64,000 nt of DNA from a bacterium (GTDB lineage Bacteria > SM23-31). Shown piece after piece: positions 10,069 to 20,610 of this stretch. The position numbers were made by a program, and so were the translations under genes. The notes beneath the pieces were generated by a model. The model saw only the letters and a list, made by a program, of their open reading frames with translations, searched no databases and was not told the origin of the DNA. Location of the stretch: assembly GCA_965249485.1 (NCBI GenBank), contig OZ252239.1, forward strand, positions 2,848,001 through 2,912,000, given 5' to 3'. Each line of letters starts with the position of its first letter. The first letter of the stretch is position 1.

Positions 10069-11043
10069 TTATACCAATTCCAGAATCGCCCGTTTGACGA
10101 TATTTTTGAATAGTTGCACTTTATATTCGTTTTTCGTCATTGCTTTACTGCCGTATACTGATGCTTCCGCAGCTGCAGACGCTACCGATTCTGTAATCGT
10201 TTTACCTTCCAGTTCCTGTTCTGCCTGTACAGCCCGCCACGGAACCGGAGCCGCGGCACCTAGTACGACTCGGGCTTTTCGGCATCTGTCACCGTCGAAC
10301 ATTAAGCTGACTGCGACACTTGCTACGGCAAAATCCCAGACTTCGCGTTCCTGAATCTTAATAAAGGTACTTTTTGTTGTCTGACTGGGAATTGGAATAG
10401 AAAACTCTGTAACAATCTCACCCGGTTTTAATATGTTTTCTCTGTTCGGGTCAACCTCAGGCAGAACAAAAAAGTCGTTAATCGCAACTGTTTTCTCACC
10501 ACCTGAATGAGCAATTTTCACTTCGGCATCAAATGCAGTCAGACCTACTGCCGTATCGGATGGGTGAACAATATAACATCGGTAACCACCCAATATAGCA
10601 TGATATTTGTTTTCACCTGCAATCGAATAACAGCGCGGTCCACCCTTTCGGAGGCAGTCAACTTCCGAATCGCGGTAATACCAGCACCGGGGCCTTTGGC
10701 ATACATTACCTCCAACTGTACCCATATTTCGGAGTTGGGGGCTGGCAACAAGCCTTGCAGCTTTGGAAAGAGCCGGGAAGTGCTCTATGATTAATGGATC
10801 ATTTTCCACTGTAGAGATTGTTGATAAAGCACCAATTTTGATGCTACCACCACTATTTCGGATATAGTTAAGATCAGCGATATCCTTGAGGTTTACAACC
10901 TTTTCCGGTGAATAGATATAGTCCTTCATCTCACCAATAAGATCCGTACCACCACTCATAACAGCCGCACTGTCCCAGTTTGGCCCGAGTGCCGCAATTG
11001 CATCCTTGATGGATTGCGCTCGAATAAAGGTAAAGTTTTTCAT
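10069..11043 (-). CDS. Xanthine dehydrogenase-family FAD subunit with 4Fe-4S insert (PaoB/YagS-like)
   Basis: SGGTDL, ASPQLRNMGTVGGN, CQRPRCWYYR...CLRKGG..C...HAILG...C. Confidence 0.9.
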   Translation of the reverse strand: MKNFTFIRAQSIKDAIAALGPNWDSAAVMSGGTDLIGEMKDYIYSPEKVVNLKDIADLNYIRNSGGSIKIGALSTISTVENDPLIIEHFPALSKAARLVASPQLRNMGTVGGNVCQRPRCWYYRDSEVDCLRKGGPRCYSIAGENKYHAILGGYRCYIVHPSDTAVGLTAFDAEVKIAHSGGEKTVAINDFFVLPEVDPNRENILKPGEIVTEFSIPIPSQTTKSTFIKIQEREVWDFAVASVAVSLMFDGDRCRKARVVLGAAAPVPWRAVQAEQELEGKTITESVASAAAEASVYGSKAMTKNEYKVQLFKNIVKRAILELV

Positions 11044-13334
11044 TAGTCACTCTCCTTTCGTGCAGCTAATCCGTCAAGTATCTTATCGGGAGTAATCGGT
11101 AAGTCTCTGACCCGTACACCGATTGCATTATATACAGCATTCGCTAGCGCAGCAGCAAAACCTACGCGGGGCGGTTCTCCCAGTCCTTTTATACCGAGAT
11201 TATTTCTATAAGGATCGACAATATCGACAAATACCACATCGATTTCGGGCGCATCCTGAGAAGTGATTACTTTATAGTCGTGCATGTTCGGATTCGCTAT
11301 TCGTCCGGTGTAATTGTCCATAATCCGTTCTTCCAGCAAGGAATAGCTGAGCGCTTGATTGACACCTCCGATAACCTGATTTCTAGCGGTCAACGGATTC
11401 AGTATTCTTCCGGAATCGTGGACAGCAACAACTTTGATAACCTTCACTTGTCCTGTCTCGGTATCAACTTCGACCTCGCAGAAATTCACACCAAATGTGT
11501 TTCCGGCATATTCTTTTGGATTCTCTCCACGTCGGCCTTCCGCATAAACTTTATCCTCTGGCATTAGCGCCGCTGCCTCTTTAAAATCCATACCTGAAGT
11601 GGTATTATTTTTCACTCGAATCCGCCCATTGACCGCTTCAAGATCTTCGGGCTCAACACCTAACCGGTCTGCGGCAACAGGAAAGAGCTTTTTTACAGCT
11701 TCCATAACTCCGTTTCGTACTGCAGGACAAACCGATGCAGCCGTATTGCTTCCACCGCTTCCTTCACCTGGCGGAAAATAGGAATCACCGATTTGAATGT
11801 TTATGTCTTCAACATTCACACCAAGTTCCTCTGCCGCAACCTGAGCCATTACCGTTCTTGTCCCGGTTCCGACATCCTGTGTTCCGCATCGGACATTCAC
11901 TGATCCATCTTTGAAGATTTCAACCAGAACTACCGAGCCAGGATGACCACCTGCACCCCACTGGAGACAGCCGAGTCCAAGACCGCTTTTTTTAACTCCG
12001 GCATCACTGCCAGGATTTCTTCTGCGGCGTGACCACTCGATTTTCTCAGCACCAATTGCATAACATTGGAGCAGGCCATTGCTGGAATAGGGTAGCCCCG
12101 TTCCTCCTCCACTCTTATCAGTATAGTTTTTCCTTCTGAATTCCAGAGGATCCATGCCGACCGCTTCGGCAGCTTCGTCAATAAGGCTTTCAAATCCAAA
12201 AAATGCCTGGACATGGCCTGGCGCTCGGGTAGGCATACCGCCACCAGTATTTGTGTAGACCGATGTGCTCTTTGTGCTCAGATTCGCACATCTGTACATT
12301 TCACTTGCTGCGGAAGTAAGCCGATCGCCGCCTCGAGTGTATCCGCCGCTGGTAAATCCTTCGAGTTGGATGCCAGTAATTGTTCCGTCATTTTTGAAAC
12401 CAATTTTGTAACTTTGACTGGAACTCGGACGATTACCCGTATCGAGACACTCTTCGTATCGGTCGAGGATCATTCTGACCGGTGCTTTTGCCATTTTTGA
12501 TAGTCGGAGCGCAGGAGGCATATGACTATTGATACCGAGCTTACTCCCAAATCCGCCTCCAAGATGCTGACATATAACTCGGATGTTTTTTTCGGTAATT
12601 TGTTCGTCAGGATACTCACGTCGTAACCATTCAACTAATTCTTGAGGGGTTTCATAAACAACTTGTGTGGATGTGTATATCAGTATTTCGTTATCTTTCC
12701 AGTGGACAACACTCCCGTGTGCTTCGAGTGGATTATGCAGTTCGACTTGTGTAGAATACGCCGCCTCGACAATTTTATCTGCATTATTGAATCCTTGTTC
12801 CACATTACCTCGTGCATCCTCCCGTATTCTACCCAAGTTACCGTCGTCATGGATTTTCTCTGCGTTACTCCGCATTGCACGGTCCATATTGACAACATGA
12901 GGGAGCTGCTGATATCCGACAGTAATAGCCCGGATGGCATCATCTGCAGCTCCGGGAGAATCAGCGGCAACAGCAGCTATGATTTCACCCTGAAAATTAA
13001 CTTGTTCACTGTTCTCGATAACGGCTGCTCTTACTCCTGGCATTTGTTGTGCCTTGCTTATGTCAACATTGGTAATAGTTGCACGTGCATGAGGACTTCG
13101 CAAGAGCCTTCCATACAGCATACCAGGAAGCTGCACATCAGTGGTATACTCGGCATTTCCGGTTACTTTATCTAATGCTTCGATTCTCGTAAGCGGTTTA
13201 CCAATTATTTCAAATTCTTCATCCGCAATATGAGGGGCTTCGGAGCCGGGAAGAATGACCTCAATTACTTTAAATTCGCCTTCACGTTCATGTATCGTTT
13301 TGACACGTTTTGCAAAATAATTTGTCGTTTCCAT
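11043..13334 (-). CDS. Xanthine dehydrogenase-family molybdopterin-binding subunit (PaoC/YagR-like)
   Basis: KVTG.AEY, GGGFGSK, RAPG, QDVGTG, GSGGS, KGLGEP. Confidence 0.92.
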   Translation of the reverse strand: METTNYFAKRVKTIHEREGEFKVIEVILPGSEAPHIADEEFEIIGKPLTRIEALDKVTGNAEYTTDVQLPGMLYGRLLRSPHARATITNVDISKAQQMPGVRAAVIENSEQVNFQGEIIAAVAADSPGAADDAIRAITVGYQQLPHVVNMDRAMRSNAEKIHDDGNLGRIREDARGNVEQGFNNADKIVEAAYSTQVELHNPLEAHGSVVHWKDNEILIYTSTQVVYETPQELVEWLRREYPDEQITEKNIRVICQHLGGGFGSKLGINSHMPPALRLSKMAKAPVRMILDRYEECLDTGNRPSSSQSYKIGFKNDGTITGIQLEGFTSGGYTRGGDRLTSAASEMYRCANLSTKSTSVYTNTGGGMPTRAPGHVQAFFGFESLIDEAAEAVGMDPLEFRRKNYTDKSGGGTGLPYSSNGLLQCYAIGAEKIEWSRRRRNPGSDAGVKKSGLGLGCLQWGAGGHPGSVVLVEIFKDGSVNVRCGTQDVGTGTRTVMAQVAAEELGVNVEDINIQIGDSYFPPGEGSGGSNTAASVCPAVRNGVMEAVKKLFPVAADRLGVEPEDLEAVNGRIRVKNNTTSGMDFKEAAALMPEDKVYAEGRRGENPKEYAGNTFGVNFCEVEVDTETGQVKVIKVVAVHDSGRILNPLTARNQVIGGVNQALSYSLLEERIMDNYTGRIANPNMHDYKVITSQDAPEIDVVFVDIVDPYRNNLGIKGLGEPPRVGFAAALANAVYNAIGVRVRDLPITPDKILDGLAARKESD

Positions 13335-13339
13335 CTATC

Positions 13340-13972
13340 TCATCCCCTCCTCTCTTTTGCTGCCGCTGCTACAGCAGTAAATATGTGCTGATACGCCGCG
13401 CATCTGCAGATATTTCCCGACATACCTCTCTTAATTTCATCGAGACCCGGATTACCATTTTTCTTGAGTAACCCTTCGGCTGCTAATATCTGTCCCGGGG
13501 TACAATATCCGCATTGATAAGCATCGTGATCTATAAATGCCTGTTGAACAGAACTCAGTTTTCCATCCTTTGCCAGACCCTCAATAGTGACAATCTCTTT
13601 ACCGACCGCATCGAATGCAAGCATCATACAGGCATACATAGGTTCTCCATCCAGCAGTACGGTACATCCACCGCACTCTCCCCGGTCACAGACAACTTTT
13701 GCACCGGTCAATTTTAGTTTATTTCTCAATGTATCGGCGAGAGTTGCTCTGCTTTCTACTGACACGGACCTCGTCCGACCATTAACGCGTAAAGTTATGG
13801 TTGCTTCTGTTACACCTTCTTCCGCAAGCATTCCTTCTCGAGATTCACCGTAGGCTGACACGACACCTGGAAGGACAGATGTGGATACAACCCCTGCACC
13901 GACACCTTTAATAAAAGAGCGCCGGGTTACACCTCCAGTGTCATCCGGGAGACTATTTTTGGATTTTGACAT
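13340..13972 (-). CDS. (2Fe-2S)-binding subunit with Tat signal (PaoA/YagT-like)
   Basis: TRRSFIK twin-arginine motif; CDRGECGGC, QCGYC, CRC. Start moved to ATG 13972 after an AAGGA RBS. Confidence 0.92.
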   Translation of the reverse strand: MSKSKNSLPDDTGGVTRRSFIKGVGAGVVSTSVLPGVVSAYGESREGMLAEEGVTEATITLRVNGRTRSVSVESRATLADTLRNKLKLTGAKVVCDRGECGGCTVLLDGEPMYACMMLAFDAVGKEIVTIEGLAKDGKLSSVQQAFIDHDAYQCGYCTPGQILAAEGLLKKNGNPGLDEIKRGMSGNICRCAAYQHIFTAVAAAAKERRG

Positions 13973-14158
13973 ACAAAATCCTTTCATTTTGAGGGTTACA
14001 AAATAGTTTAAATATACTATTTATTCTGTGAAGAATTACTCAGTTAAGACAAGACTTTGTTACATGATTGGTGGAGAAACTTATGTAGAATATAATACAT
14101 TATATTGAAAAAAAAAAGATTTTTTGGAATGATATATGCTGATTGTAAAATTAGTGAT

Positions 14159-14554
14159 TTAATCCGCTTTATCGAATAAATCGATATGTCGGCGTCCCAT
14201 AAAACCTTCCTGAATTGGGTGCCAGTATGTAATATCATCTTCATCCAACAGCCAACACAAGTAGACCTCTTCGCCATTCGGACGGATACTCGGAAAATCT
14301 ATTAAGCCATTATCGAGACCTTTTATAAGAATACCACTATTTTCAAGCTCCTTGATTATAGCAACTATTGCCAACTCTTTGACATGGTATTGCTCACCAT
14401 TCGGTGATTTATTGCTGAAATAGTGATGCCGGTAGAGATCATAACCCAATGCATCAATTTCCTGCTTCAGATTGACTATCTTAATGACTTTCGACTGAAC
14501 ATCAGGCAGAAGTGCCCTCGCTTCTTCGAGTGTGAAATGTTTATTGTGTATCAT
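14159..14554 (-). CDS. DUF2203-family protein
   Basis: FTLEEARALLP...GLIDFP....EVYLCW...E..ITYWH...GF.GR. Confidence 0.85.
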   Translation of the reverse strand: MIHNKHFTLEEARALLPDVQSKVIKIVNLKQEIDALGYDLYRHHYFSNKSPNGEQYHVKELAIVAIIKELENSGILIKGLDNGLIDFPSIRPNGEEVYLCWLLDEDDITYWHPIQEGFMGRRHIDLFDKAD

Positions 14555-14587
14555 ATATAGTATTAGAATTCAGACTACTTCTCAAAT

Positions 14588-15889
14588 TCACTTCCCGTTT
14601 GTTTCTTGTGACAGAGATTCGTAAATTATATCGACAATATGCTTTACATCGATTTTCTTTTCCAACAATTTTGATCCACGTTTCAGTTGGATCATGCAAC
14701 CGATATTTGCGGTTACGACTGTATCCACCCCGCTTTTTGAAATATTATTCATCTTTCGCTGCAAAACTTTAAGTGAAAGTTCAGGTTGTGTTATGTTGAA
14801 AGTACCGGCACTACCACAGCACATATCCGATTCATGGAGCGGTTTCAACTGTAAACCTGGAATTGCGTTCAGTATATCTCGTGGCTGTTTTGAAATCTTT
14901 TGACCATGCAGTAAATGGCAGGGGTCATCATAAACAAGTGTCTTTTGTACAGGATGAAATGTCAGTTTTTTAGATTCAGTCTCCAAAAACTCGGAAATAT
15001 CCAGAACTTTTTTGGAAAACGCAACAGCTTTTCCAGAATATTCAGGATCATTGGCGAGCAAAGCAGTGTATTCTTTCATCATTGCACCGCATCCTGCCGC
15101 ATTGACAAGAATTGTATCCACTTGTGTCCTTTCAAATGCATCGATAACATCTTTGGCAAATTGTGACGCAGCATCAGTTTTTCCGCTATGCATATGGACC
15201 GCTCCGCAGCAGTGTATTGCTTCAGGAATGACAACGTGGTAACCACATGTATTAATAATTTGTATTGTGTTTCTGTTTGACTCCGGTTCAATATAATCCA
15301 TAACACAACCCCGCAGTAACCCAACTTTTTTGTTTCCTATTTTTTGGTTAATCATACCATTATCCGACTCACTCAGCTTATGGAATCCCACAATATCAGG
15401 CATAAATGATTCTGATAGAGCAACTTTCTTCGGAAACAGATTGAGCACTCGGGTAATGCGAACAAGTTTCTGTAGACCTGATCTCTGGTAAAACTTGAGT
15501 AATCTGAAAATGAAGTCCAGCCGTCCGGGATGGGGAAATATATGATTGAGTATAATATCCTGAGTGATTCGAGTAAACAGCGGCGTTGGCATATCCTTTT
15601 GAATCAGCTTTTGTGCTGTATCAAATATTTCATGATATTGAATACCTGCTGGACATGCTGTTTCGCAGCAGCGGCAAGCCAGACAGAGGTCAAAGTGTTT
15701 TTTGAATGCATCGCCGACATCCTGCCTGCCGTCAGCGACAAGTTTTGTTAAAAATATTCTCCCCCTGGGCGAGTCCATCTCTGTACCCATAACAGCATAA
15801 CTCGGGCATTTAGGCAGACATAATCCACAATGGACGCAGTCCTGCAACAAACGATAATCTATCAAACTTTTTACTGGTTTTGATTCCAT
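14588..15889 (-). CDS. glcF: Glycolate oxidase iron-sulfur subunit
   Basis: CVHCGLCLPKCP, DSPRGRI, two CCG domains, ANIGC; start taken at MESKP. Confidence 0.88.
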   Translation of the reverse strand: MESKPVKSLIDYRLLQDCVHCGLCLPKCPSYAVMGTEMDSPRGRIFLTKLVADGRQDVGDAFKKHFDLCLACRCCETACPAGIQYHEIFDTAQKLIQKDMPTPLFTRITQDIILNHIFPHPGRLDFIFRLLKFYQRSGLQKLVRITRVLNLFPKKVALSESFMPDIVGFHKLSESDNGMINQKIGNKKVGLLRGCVMDYIEPESNRNTIQIINTCGYHVVIPEAIHCCGAVHMHSGKTDAASQFAKDVIDAFERTQVDTILVNAAGCGAMMKEYTALLANDPEYSGKAVAFSKKVLDISEFLETESKKLTFHPVQKTLVYDDPCHLLHGQKISKQPRDILNAIPGLQLKPLHESDMCCGSAGTFNITQPELSLKVLQRKMNNISKSGVDTVVTANIGCMIQLKRGSKLLEKKIDVKHIVDIIYESLSQETNGK

Positions 15890-15920
15890 AATTAAAATTA
15901 ATTGTATGCAATTATGCAAT

Positions 15921-17261
15921 TCAATCAAGTAAACTAATATATCGTTCCGGATTCAAGATGTTATTCGGATCAAATTGCTTTTTGATTTTTTTCATCAGCT
16001 TTGCCCCCGGCAAACCGTCCCAGACAGGAAAATTACTCCTCACATGCAGCGGTGCCCTCTCAAGTATGAATACACACCTTCCTTGATCTGTATAGTCTCC
16101 CAGAGACTGCAATGCTTTGAGACAACCTTGTTCATTATCCTGCATATCATTCTCATGCATACCAATATGGGTTATTCCGCTACCGGGAAAAGAAGCAATT
16201 TCAAATTGTGTTCCGTTTTCCGTTCCGATTTGTTCAGCAATTTCGATAAGCTCAAAGGTCCCTGTTCTACTTGAAATTATTTTCACAATAATTCCGGGAT
16301 AAGTGTTAGAAAAGTGATCTCTGAGAGCAGTTCTTGTATTGTTGGCGATCTTTTCATCCAACGATTCAAAATGAATTGATGGAGATTTCGTGCAGGATTC
16401 TTTTATTTTTTGTTCCTGCCAATTCGCAGTTGCTTCGATGCCATCAACACCAACAAGAAACATGAATTCGCACTCCGAAGACAGCTGTGCTGCTAGTAGA
16501 AACATCCTTCCGGCTGCTTTTGCATTTAATATTGCAAGAAATGTTGGCGCAAAATATGAGTCCAGTATAGAAAATGCCGCAAGACGTGCTGCAGAAAGAG
16601 ATTTGAAACCTGCTGATATTGTTTTTGTATCTTCCGGAAGAGGTTTTACCCGAAAGGCTGCTTCGGTTATTACTCCAAGCGTCCCCCACGATCCGATCAT
16701 GAGTTTTGTAAGATCATATCCTGCAACATTTTTCGCGACTTTGCCACCACCTTTGACTGGAGAACCATCTGCACGTACAAACCGGATACCAAGGGTCATA
16801 TCACGTGCTGATCCATAATATTCCCGATGAAATCCATATCCATTGGAGACAAGTGTTCCCCCAACGGTGGCTCTATCAGGATGAGGTGGATTGAGTGGAA
16901 TAAACTGCCCATGATCCGCCAAAGAAGCATTGAGCTTTTCGATTGTCATCCCTGCTTCAGTAATAACCGTGAGGTCAGCCGGTTCATATTCTTTGATACT
17001 ATTAAGCCCGTTTAAATTAAGAGCAGCAGTATAAGATCCGGGTGCATAACCGAAATCCATTCGAGTCCCACCACCCCATGGACACACGCAACCACCATTA
17101 TTATGTGCCTCTTGCAGAATAGCACATACCTGCTCTTCCGAATCAGGTGATATAACAATTTCAGGAGTTAAATCATCAATTTTATATAGGTCAGTATTCT
17201 TACGGCTAATAATTGAGCTGCTATTTAACCGCGTTGTTACCGCTTCAATAAATTTTTGCAT
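15921..17261 (-). CDS. glcE: Glycolate oxidase FAD-binding subunit
   Basis: YEPADL, GGKVAKNVAGYDLTKL..GSWGTLG, FDP..ILNP. Confidence 0.85.
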   Translation of the reverse strand: MQKFIEAVTTRLNSSSIISRKNTDLYKIDDLTPEIVISPDSEEQVCAILQEAHNNGGCVCPWGGGTRMDFGYAPGSYTAALNLNGLNSIKEYEPADLTVITEAGMTIEKLNASLADHGQFIPLNPPHPDRATVGGTLVSNGYGFHREYYGSARDMTLGIRFVRADGSPVKGGGKVAKNVAGYDLTKLMIGSWGTLGVITEAAFRVKPLPEDTKTISAGFKSLSAARLAAFSILDSYFAPTFLAILNAKAAGRMFLLAAQLSSECEFMFLVGVDGIEATANWQEQKIKESCTKSPSIHFESLDEKIANNTRTALRDHFSNTYPGIIVKIISSRTGTFELIEIAEQIGTENGTQFEIASFPGSGITHIGMHENDMQDNEQGCLKALQSLGDYTDQGRCVFILERAPLHVRSNFPVWDGLPGAKLMKKIKKQFDPNNILNPERYISLLD

Positions 17262-17317
17262 TTACTTTTACACGTATGAACAATTTCCAACCTGATTTCG
17301 CATTCCAGCTGATAATT

Positions 17318-18745
17318 TTAACATCCCTCGATTTTCCTTGGCGTACGGATTTCAAGACAAGTTCGCGATGTTGGAAAAATTTTACCCGGATTAAGTTTTC
17401 CGGTTGGATTAAATATCTGTTTGAGATCGGTCATATATTGTAGATCGTGCTCGGTAAATATCCACGGCATATAGTCTTTCTTCTCACTTCCAATTCCGTG
17501 TTCACCTGATATCGTCCCGCCCAGATCGACACATGCTTTCAAAATTTCGGCCGCAGCTTGCTTTATGATGTCCACCGATCCCGGTATAGTGTCATCATAC
17601 ATCATACAGGGGTGAATGTTTCCGTCCCCAGCATGAAAAGCATTTGCAATGCGAATTCCGTATTTTTTGCCGACACTATATATAACTTTTAAAATATCCG
17701 GCAGCTTTGTTCTTGGTACGACACCATCCTGTGTATAATAACAAGGACTGATTGTACCGATTGCCCCGAAAGCGTGTTTCCGGGCAATCCAAAGCTTTGC
17801 CCGTTCCTCCTCTGAAGTTGCATAGTCGATACTTCTCACATTATACGTGCGGGTAAGCTCAATAACACGCTGTTTGAGTGTCTCCATGCCTGCATTCGGG
17901 CCGTCAAACTCTATTATCAATACCGCCCCCGCATCTTCGGGAAGACTGAGGCCAAAAGCATTATTGACTGCTTCAATGAAGACTGTGTCAATCATTTCGA
18001 GTGCAGCAGGCGATAATCCTGCCTCCAACATTCCCGATATTGAATGAGTAGCGTCATCAACCGAATCGAATATTGCACAGAACGTCAAATAGGACTCAGG
18101 CAATCTGATCAGTTTAACAATAATCTTTGTTACAATTGCAAAGGTACCTTCCGATCCATTTAAGATACCCACAAGATCATATCCGGGTGTTTCCGAATAC
18201 TTCCCTCCAATAGTGACAACTTCACCGTCATGCAGTACAATCTCTAAACCCAAGACATTATTGACAGTTACTCCGTACTTCATTGTATGGGGTCCACCGG
18301 CATTTTCCGCAACGTTACCACCGATTGTACACGCCTGTTGGCTCGATGGATCTGGTGCGAAAAAGTAACCGTCATCTTCTACAGCTTGGCTAATCCATAT
18401 ATTGACAACTCCCGGCTCGACTACTGCATACCTGTTCGGCACATCGATTTGGAGAATTCTATTCATCTGTGTCAAAGATATAATAAATCCGCCACCTATC
18501 GGAAGACATCCTCCACTGAGTCCGGTCCCTGTTCCTCGTGGTACGAACGGCACATCTGATTTGTGGAGCACTGTGACTATTGCCGAAACTTCTTCAGTAG
18601 AATGCGGGAGAAATACTGCCCAAGGAATGGCCTTCCCAATCGTAAATCCATCACTCTCGTAGACCATGAGTTCATCGGGATCGGTAATGATCCGGTCTTT
18701 TCCGATAATGCGCTGAATCTGTTTAATAATGGATTTATGTTTCAT
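17318..18745 (-). CDS. glcD: Glycolate oxidase FAD-linked subunit
   Basis: PRGTGTGLSGG, APDPSSQ.ACTIGGN.AEN.GG, HAGDGN.HP, GEHGIG. Confidence 0.9.
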   Translation of the reverse strand: MKHKSIIKQIQRIIGKDRIITDPDELMVYESDGFTIGKAIPWAVFLPHSTEEVSAIVTVLHKSDVPFVPRGTGTGLSGGCLPIGGGFIISLTQMNRILQIDVPNRYAVVEPGVVNIWISQAVEDDGYFFAPDPSSQQACTIGGNVAENAGGPHTMKYGVTVNNVLGLEIVLHDGEVVTIGGKYSETPGYDLVGILNGSEGTFAIVTKIIVKLIRLPESYLTFCAIFDSVDDATHSISGMLEAGLSPAALEMIDTVFIEAVNNAFGLSLPEDAGAVLIIEFDGPNAGMETLKQRVIELTRTYNVRSIDYATSEEERAKLWIARKHAFGAIGTISPCYYTQDGVVPRTKLPDILKVIYSVGKKYGIRIANAFHAGDGNIHPCMMYDDTIPGSVDIIKQAAAEILKACVDLGGTISGEHGIGSEKKDYMPWIFTEHDLQYMTDLKQIFNPTGKLNPGKIFPTSRTCLEIRTPRKIEGC

Positions 18746-18795
18746 AATCTAAGTTTGAGATGTCTATACATCGGAACAGTTGAGCACTAACGTAT

Positions 18796-18824
18796 AATAT
18801 ACGATAAAAACGGTTTTTTCTCAA
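18796..18824 (-). promoter_or_regulatory. sigma70-type promoter TTGAGA-N17-TATATT upstream of glcD
   Basis: Read directly from sequence; 17-nt spacer. Confidence 0.6.
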
Positions 18825-19060
18825 GGACAGAAACTAAAAGTAGGGATGGAACCGGAGAGCGGTCGATTAGTGAAAATAACTTTTATGTTCTACGAGAGAA
18901 ATATGATTGTTGTATTAAATCGATCTACTTCACATAATGTTTTTGTACAAATCTTTGGCATTAAATCTAATCTATTACTTTATATTAATTATGTATAGTG
19001 TTATTTTATAATATGTTATCGATATTCTAAAAAGCTGTGATGATTATTGTTGCTAAACTA

Positions 19061-19204
19061 CTATGATGAGCTTGATTCCAATTTGCGTTTCAACTGATCG
19101 ATCTCTTCAAAGAGTTTTTTCTGCTTCTTATGAAGAGAAAAAATGTACCCTGATAGCATAATCCAAATTACCATGTAGGTCGTAAACAAATAATTCATAC
19201 TCAT
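19061..19204 (-). CDS. ccmD: Heme exporter protein D (47 aa, absent from ORF track)
   Basis: MSMNYLFTTYMVIWIMLSGYIFSLHKKQKKLFEEIDQLKRKLESSSS: one TM plus basic coiled tail, directly after ccmC. Confidence 0.85.
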   Translation of the reverse strand: MSMNYLFTTYMVIWIMLSGYIFSLHKKQKKLFEEIDQLKRKLESSSS

Positions 19205-19220
19205 ATATTTACCTTAATAT

Positions 19221-19904
19221 TTATTGTTCAACAAGTTTATGCAAATAATCTACCTCTTCAATTGCATCTTCAAGCTCTTTGCGTCTGCCGAGAAGATAAC
19301 TGTAAAAAAGTGTAAAAGAAAAGACGCTAAAAAGAAGAGTCAACAGCATTGTCAACTCTAAACCGGAACCCTCCCCTCCAGCAACTACTGGAGATGGATG
19401 CTGGGTATTCCATAACCTGATGGAAAAATAGACAAGAAATACGTTAATAAATCCAATAATTCCCACAACAGAAGACAGATAGGCTCTTTTTATCTCGACA
19501 TCAACATACCCACGAAGCATCATATATGACAGATAGATCAACCAGAGAATGAGTGTAGTTGTCAGTCTTGAATCCCATGTCCACCAGATTCCCCACACCG
19601 GACGTGCCCATAACGATCCGGTTATCAGCGTGATAGTGCAAAGCAGCAGGCCGATTTCAGCCGATGCATTTGCGTATTTGTCCCATGACATGTTCTTCTT
19701 GATGAGAAACGCAACGGAACAGTAGCACGTCACTCCAAACGCCATAAACGCCACCCATGCACTTGATACGTGAAAATAGAATATCCGCTGAACATTTCCC
19801 ATTGTCTTTTCAGTAGGGGCGACAAGAAAAACAAGAATTAGTGAAATCGCTATGCACACTACAGAGAGTAAAAGAAGAATGTTTGATTTTTGAGAAGGCT
19901 TCAT
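19221..19904 (-). CDS. ccmC: Heme exporter / cytochrome c biogenesis protein CcmC
   Basis: FYFHV, WWD domain GSLWARPVWGIWWTWDSRLT, HP. Confidence 0.93.
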   Translation of the reverse strand: MKPSQKSNILLLLSVVCIAISLILVFLVAPTEKTMGNVQRIFYFHVSSAWVAFMAFGVTCYCSVAFLIKKNMSWDKYANASAEIGLLLCTITLITGSLWARPVWGIWWTWDSRLTTTLILWLIYLSYMMLRGYVDVEIKRAYLSSVVGIIGFINVFLVYFSIRLWNTQHPSPVVAGGEGSGLELTMLLTLLFSVFSFTLFYSYLLGRRKELEDAIEEVDYLHKLVEQ

Positions 19905-19911
19905 TTATAAA

Positions 19912-20589
19912 TTATTCCTCCAGTATATATTCAAATAATAACAGGCACACAGTAAAAAATATTATATCAAAAGGCAATAATATTTTCAGAGAGGCGTAAT
20001 AATTCTCCATGGGACCGCCATTCAGTAGTACTGCCGTAGACTCAACTGCGGTAATTATAATCGGAATGACTAAGGGAAATTGCAGAATTGGCAGCAAAAA
20101 TACTCTCATCCGCGTACCGGACGAAATTGCTGAAAACAATGTTCCGACAACAGAAAAACCGAACGTCCCTAAAAATATCGTAAAAATGAGCCAGTGCCAC
20201 TGCCCGGAAAATTGGATATCATAGAGCCAAACAAAAAACAACAGCATAATCACTTCTGCAAACATCATAAAGAGAAGTGTACTGGTCAGCTTCGCTATAT
20301 AAATTACACTTCGTGGTACAGGCGCGAGCATCAAACCCTGGAGATTGTTATTTTCCTGCTCGGTTGAGAATGAGTGATTTAATCCTAAAATACCGGAAAA
20401 GATGAACGCAATCCACAATAGACCAGGTGCTATAGAAATCTGTTCCTGAATGCTGAGATTGAATGCAAAATTAAAGATGACGATTACCATCAAACCAAAC
20501 ACAAGCATAGCGCTTACCGCCTCTTTAGCCCGTATTTCAGTCGTGATATCCTTTTGAACAATTGTTACTATGTAGCTCCAGTATCGCAT
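19912..20589 (-). CDS. ccmB: Heme exporter permease CcmB
   Basis: PGLLW..F.FSG.LGL..SF..E, LLPIL.FP; follows ccmA. Confidence 0.92.
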   Translation of the reverse strand: MRYWSYIVTIVQKDITTEIRAKEAVSAMLVFGLMVIVIFNFAFNLSIQEQISIAPGLLWIAFIFSGILGLNHSFSTEQENNNLQGLMLAPVPRSVIYIAKLTSTLLFMMFAEVIMLLFFVWLYDIQFSGQWHWLIFTIFLGTFGFSVVGTLFSAISSGTRMRVFLLPILQFPLVIPIIITAVESTAVLLNGGPMENYYASLKILLPFDIIFFTVCLLLFEYILEE

Positions 20590-20610
20590 AGCTGCTTCAA
20601 TTATTTCTCA

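Noticed and set aside
18746..19060. 315-bp intergenic region checked for tRNA, riboswitch or small ORF
   Set aside because: No cloverleaf, T-loop motif, strong hairpin or credible ORF was seen beyond the glcD promoter
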